Of a stretch of 64,000 nucleotides of DNA, positions 61,924 to 64,000 are shown piece by piece. The stretch is from Candidatus Kerfeldbacteria bacterium RIFCSPLOWO2_02_FULL_42_19 (GTDB taxonomy: Bacteria > Patescibacteriota > Patescibacteriia > HO2-48-17): assembly GCA_001818315.1 (NCBI GenBank), contig MHKF01000012.1, positions 23,976 to 87,975 on the forward strand, in the 5' to 3' direction. How positions within the stretch are numbered: position 1 is the first letter of the stretch; every line of letters begins with the position of its first letter. The position numbers and the translations under genes are program-made. A model generated the notes under the pieces. It did not search any database. It saw only the letters and a list, made by a program, of their open reading frames with translations, and was not told where the DNA came from.

Positions 61924-63333
61924 ATGCTACAAATTTTAGAATCACTTGCTCACAAAAATATTCTTATTCTCGGTTTCGCTCGAGAAGGCGTTAGTACGTT
62001 GAAGTTTCTCAGGAAAATATTTCCTAAAAAAGTCATTGGCATTGCTGATGTTTTACCTGAATCACAACTTTCTTCTGCAGCGCGCGAGTTGCTTGCGCAA
62101 GAACAACATTTTGTGAAAACGTACTTTGGTTCAACGTATCTTTCGCAACTTTCTGATTACGATGTAATTTTTAAGGCCTCTGGGATTCCACCGAGTATGC
62201 CGGAATTGCAGCAATCTCAAAAGCAAGACGCGCGTGTGCTCTCCAATGTCTCTTTGTTTTTTGATCTTTGTCCGGGCACGATTATTGGAGTGACAGGTAC
62301 AAAGGGCAAGAGTACGACATCGGCATTGATTGCCTCTGTGCTTTCGCGAGGCCAATCAGACGTTCGACTCGCTGGGAATATCGGGATTCCACCGCTGGAA
62401 AGTCTTCAAGGCGCGACGCGCAAAACTTTGTTTGTATTAGAATTATCGAGTTTTTATCTCGCGGGGCTTGAAAAAAGTCCGCACGTTGCCGTAGTTCAAA
62501 ATATTGTCTCCGAACACGGGGATTATCATGGCAGCTTTCAAGCGTACATTAAAGCGAAATCGAAGATTGTTCGTTATCAAACAACGCAGGATATTGTGAT
62601 TTTTAATGCTGATTTTTCGTTGCCATTACAGATCGCTCTCCAGTCTTCTGCACAAAAATTTTCGTTTTCGTTCACATCTTCACAAGCTCATTGTTTTGTA
62701 GAAGATGAATTTTTTGTTTGGAATCACAACGGTAAAAAAGAGAGAATCTTTCCTTGTCGTACGATGTCACTCCTCGGGAAATTCAATCGCTATAATGTGA
62801 TGCCGGCGATTGTCCTCGGAAAACTCTTTGGTGTAACGAATCACGATATCGCTGACGCTGTATCCCATTTTCAGCCTCTCAAGCATCGTCTGAATTTCGT
62901 TGCCGATATTCAGGAGATTGATTTTTATGATGACAGTCTTTCAACGGTTCCTGAAGCCGCTATTGCAGCGTTAGAAACTTTTGCAGGACGGGATATAGTT
63001 TTGCTTGCCGGCGGTTTTGATCGTGGACAAGATTATACGCAGCTTGCGGAGAAGATTATGGAACTGCATGTGAAAGCGCTTGTACTTTTTCCAACAACAG
63101 GCGAGCGTCTCTGGGAGTGTGTGCAGCGTATAGGTAGCGGTCTGCAAAAATCACTTCCTGCGCATGTTTTTGTTTCTAACATGCAAGAAACGGTTACGCA
63201 AGCAATTGTATTTGCAGAGAGGGGTGACGTTGTGCTTCTGAGTCCTGCAGCCCCAAGTTTTGGCATGTTCCGCAATTATACAGATCGCGGTATGCAGTTT
63301 CAGGAGGCTGTAAAAATTTTAAAAAAAGTTTAA
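61924..63333 (+). CDS. murD: UDP-N-acetylmuramoylalanine--D-glutamate ligase
   Basis: N-terminal Rossmann-like ILILGFAREG, P-loop GVTGTKGKSTT, and a C-terminal LLSPAAPSFGMFRNYTDRGMQF that matches E. coli MurD [22 protein letters not shown]. Confidence 0.85.
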   Translation: MLQILESLAHKNILILGFAREGVSTLKFLRKIFPKKVIGIADVLPESQLSSAARELLAQEQHFVKTYFGSTYLSQLSDYDVIFKASGIPPSMPELQQSQKQDARVLSNVSLFFDLCPGTIIGVTGTKGKSTTSALIASVLSRGQSDVRLAGNIGIPPLESLQGATRKTLFVLELSSFYLAGLEKSPHVAVVQNIVSEHGDYHGSFQAYIKAKSKIVRYQTTQDIVIFNADFSLPLQIALQSSAQKFSFSFTSSQAHCFVEDEFFVWNHNGKKERIFPCRTMSLLGKFNRYNVMPAIVLGKLFGVTNHDIADAVSHFQPLKHRLNFVADIQEIDFYDDSLSTVPEAAIAALETFAGRDIVLLAGGFDRGQDYTQLAEKIMELHVKALVLFPTTGERLWECVQRIGSGLQKSLPAHVFVSNMQETVTQAIVFAERGDVVLLSPAAPSFGMFRNYTDRGMQFQEAVKILKKV

Positions 63334-63522
63334 GCCCTCGTTTCGTCTGCGGCTTGCATGTGACCTCCTTATGTAGTCTGTAGAGTGTTTTGAACTCATT
63401 GTTACGGCAACGGGTTCTGTTTTGGATTTATAGATGCGTTTTGTATCTTTGTCAAATACACGGCATCGTAGAACAGCGAAAACTGTTATTTTTGCATTTA
63501 TACACGTGTGAAATTTTTGTTA

Positions 63523-64000
63523 TTATCCACGTATGAGTGCAAGAATTTCTTGTGTTTTTGCGTCGCGAAGTTCTGGGGTATCAGCTTCGAGATTCAACCG
63601 AAGTTTTGGTTCGGTGTTGGATCCGCGTACGTTGAACCAGAAGTCCGGATATTCAAAAGTTATGCCGTCGAGCGTATCGAGGCGCGCGTCTTTGAAATGT
63701 TCCTTGAGACGCACAAGAACTGCATCTTGATCGCGCACTTCAGAATTTGTTTCTTCAATCGCATAGTATTTTTGATACTTGCGGACGAGTTCAGAAAGTT
63801 TCTTCCCTGTTTGAGACAGTATTTCCAATACGATGAGCGCGGTGATGAACGCGCTATCGGCACGGAAGTTGTCGATATAATAAAAATGTCCGGAATGCTC
63901 GCCAGCAAATATCGCTCCGGTTTTTTGCATGCGTTCTTTAATGAAGGTATGACCGACGCGCTCGCGAATTGCTTGACCGCCGAGCGTCCGTATTGTTTCC
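63523..64000 (-). CDS. phosphohexomutase family (GlmM/ManB-like), C-terminal part, continuing beyond the window
   Basis: GGEHSGHFYY and RGSNTEPKLRLNLEA motifs. The reading frame stays open upstream of the tracked M (…TLGGQAIRERVGHTFIKER-MQKTG). Confidence 0.6.
   Translation of the reverse strand, partial: ETIRTLGGQAIRERVGHTFIKERMQKTGAIFAGEHSGHFYYIDNFRADSAFITALIVLEILSQTGKKLSELVRKYQKYYAIEETNSEVRDQDAVLVRLKEHFKDARLDTLDGITFEYPDFWFNVRGSNTEPKLRLNLEADTPELRDAKTQEILALIRG

Overview
This 64-kb window looks like a low-GC (~43%), gene-dense bacterial chromosome segment with conserved informational and envelope genes. I could call rpoB-rpoC, recA, ftsK, groES-groEL with a perfect CIRCE operator, uvrA, uvrC, uvrD/pcrA-like, mfd, murJ, murD, a MurE-like ligase, trpS, secG, RNase J, a Kef-type antiporter and a NUDIX hydrolase. 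Interspersed with these are very large secreted or membrane-anchored surface proteins built from FG-GAP beta-propeller, carboxypeptidase-regulatory-like, Cna-B and beta-helix/TSP3 modules, plus secreted peptidases. The large surface proteins and the absence of respiratory-chain genes apart from an isolated CuA cupredoxin would fit a Patescibacteria/CPR-like organism, but that is only an impression. The most unusual content is non-coding. Two interspersed repeat families sit in intergenic regions at gene ends. Family A is a ~164-bp MITE-like element with 18-20-bp terminal inverted repeats GGGTCTGTCGCCGAATAC. Family B is a ~90-100-bp hairpin element with a 35-40-bp conserved core flanked by long arms that differ between copies but stay complementary. 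B copies are nested inside A-type terminal inverted repeats in two places, and one composite supplies the last ~19 codons and the stop of the NUDIX gene. Other unusual observations are a MurE homologue whose N-terminal UDP-binding domain is replaced by a transmembrane helix, a PP-loop-like protein placed directly upstream of murD, and a lipoprotein cupredoxin with an exact CuA-site spacing that is translationally coupled to the Kef antiporter inside the rpoBC-recA gene string. I also note a ~29-bp promoter segment (within a ~37-bp imperfect repeat) used twice, upstream of groESL and of the gene before it, and a 165-bp near-perfect palindrome right after recA. I found no CRISPR array, rRNA or convincing tRNA.
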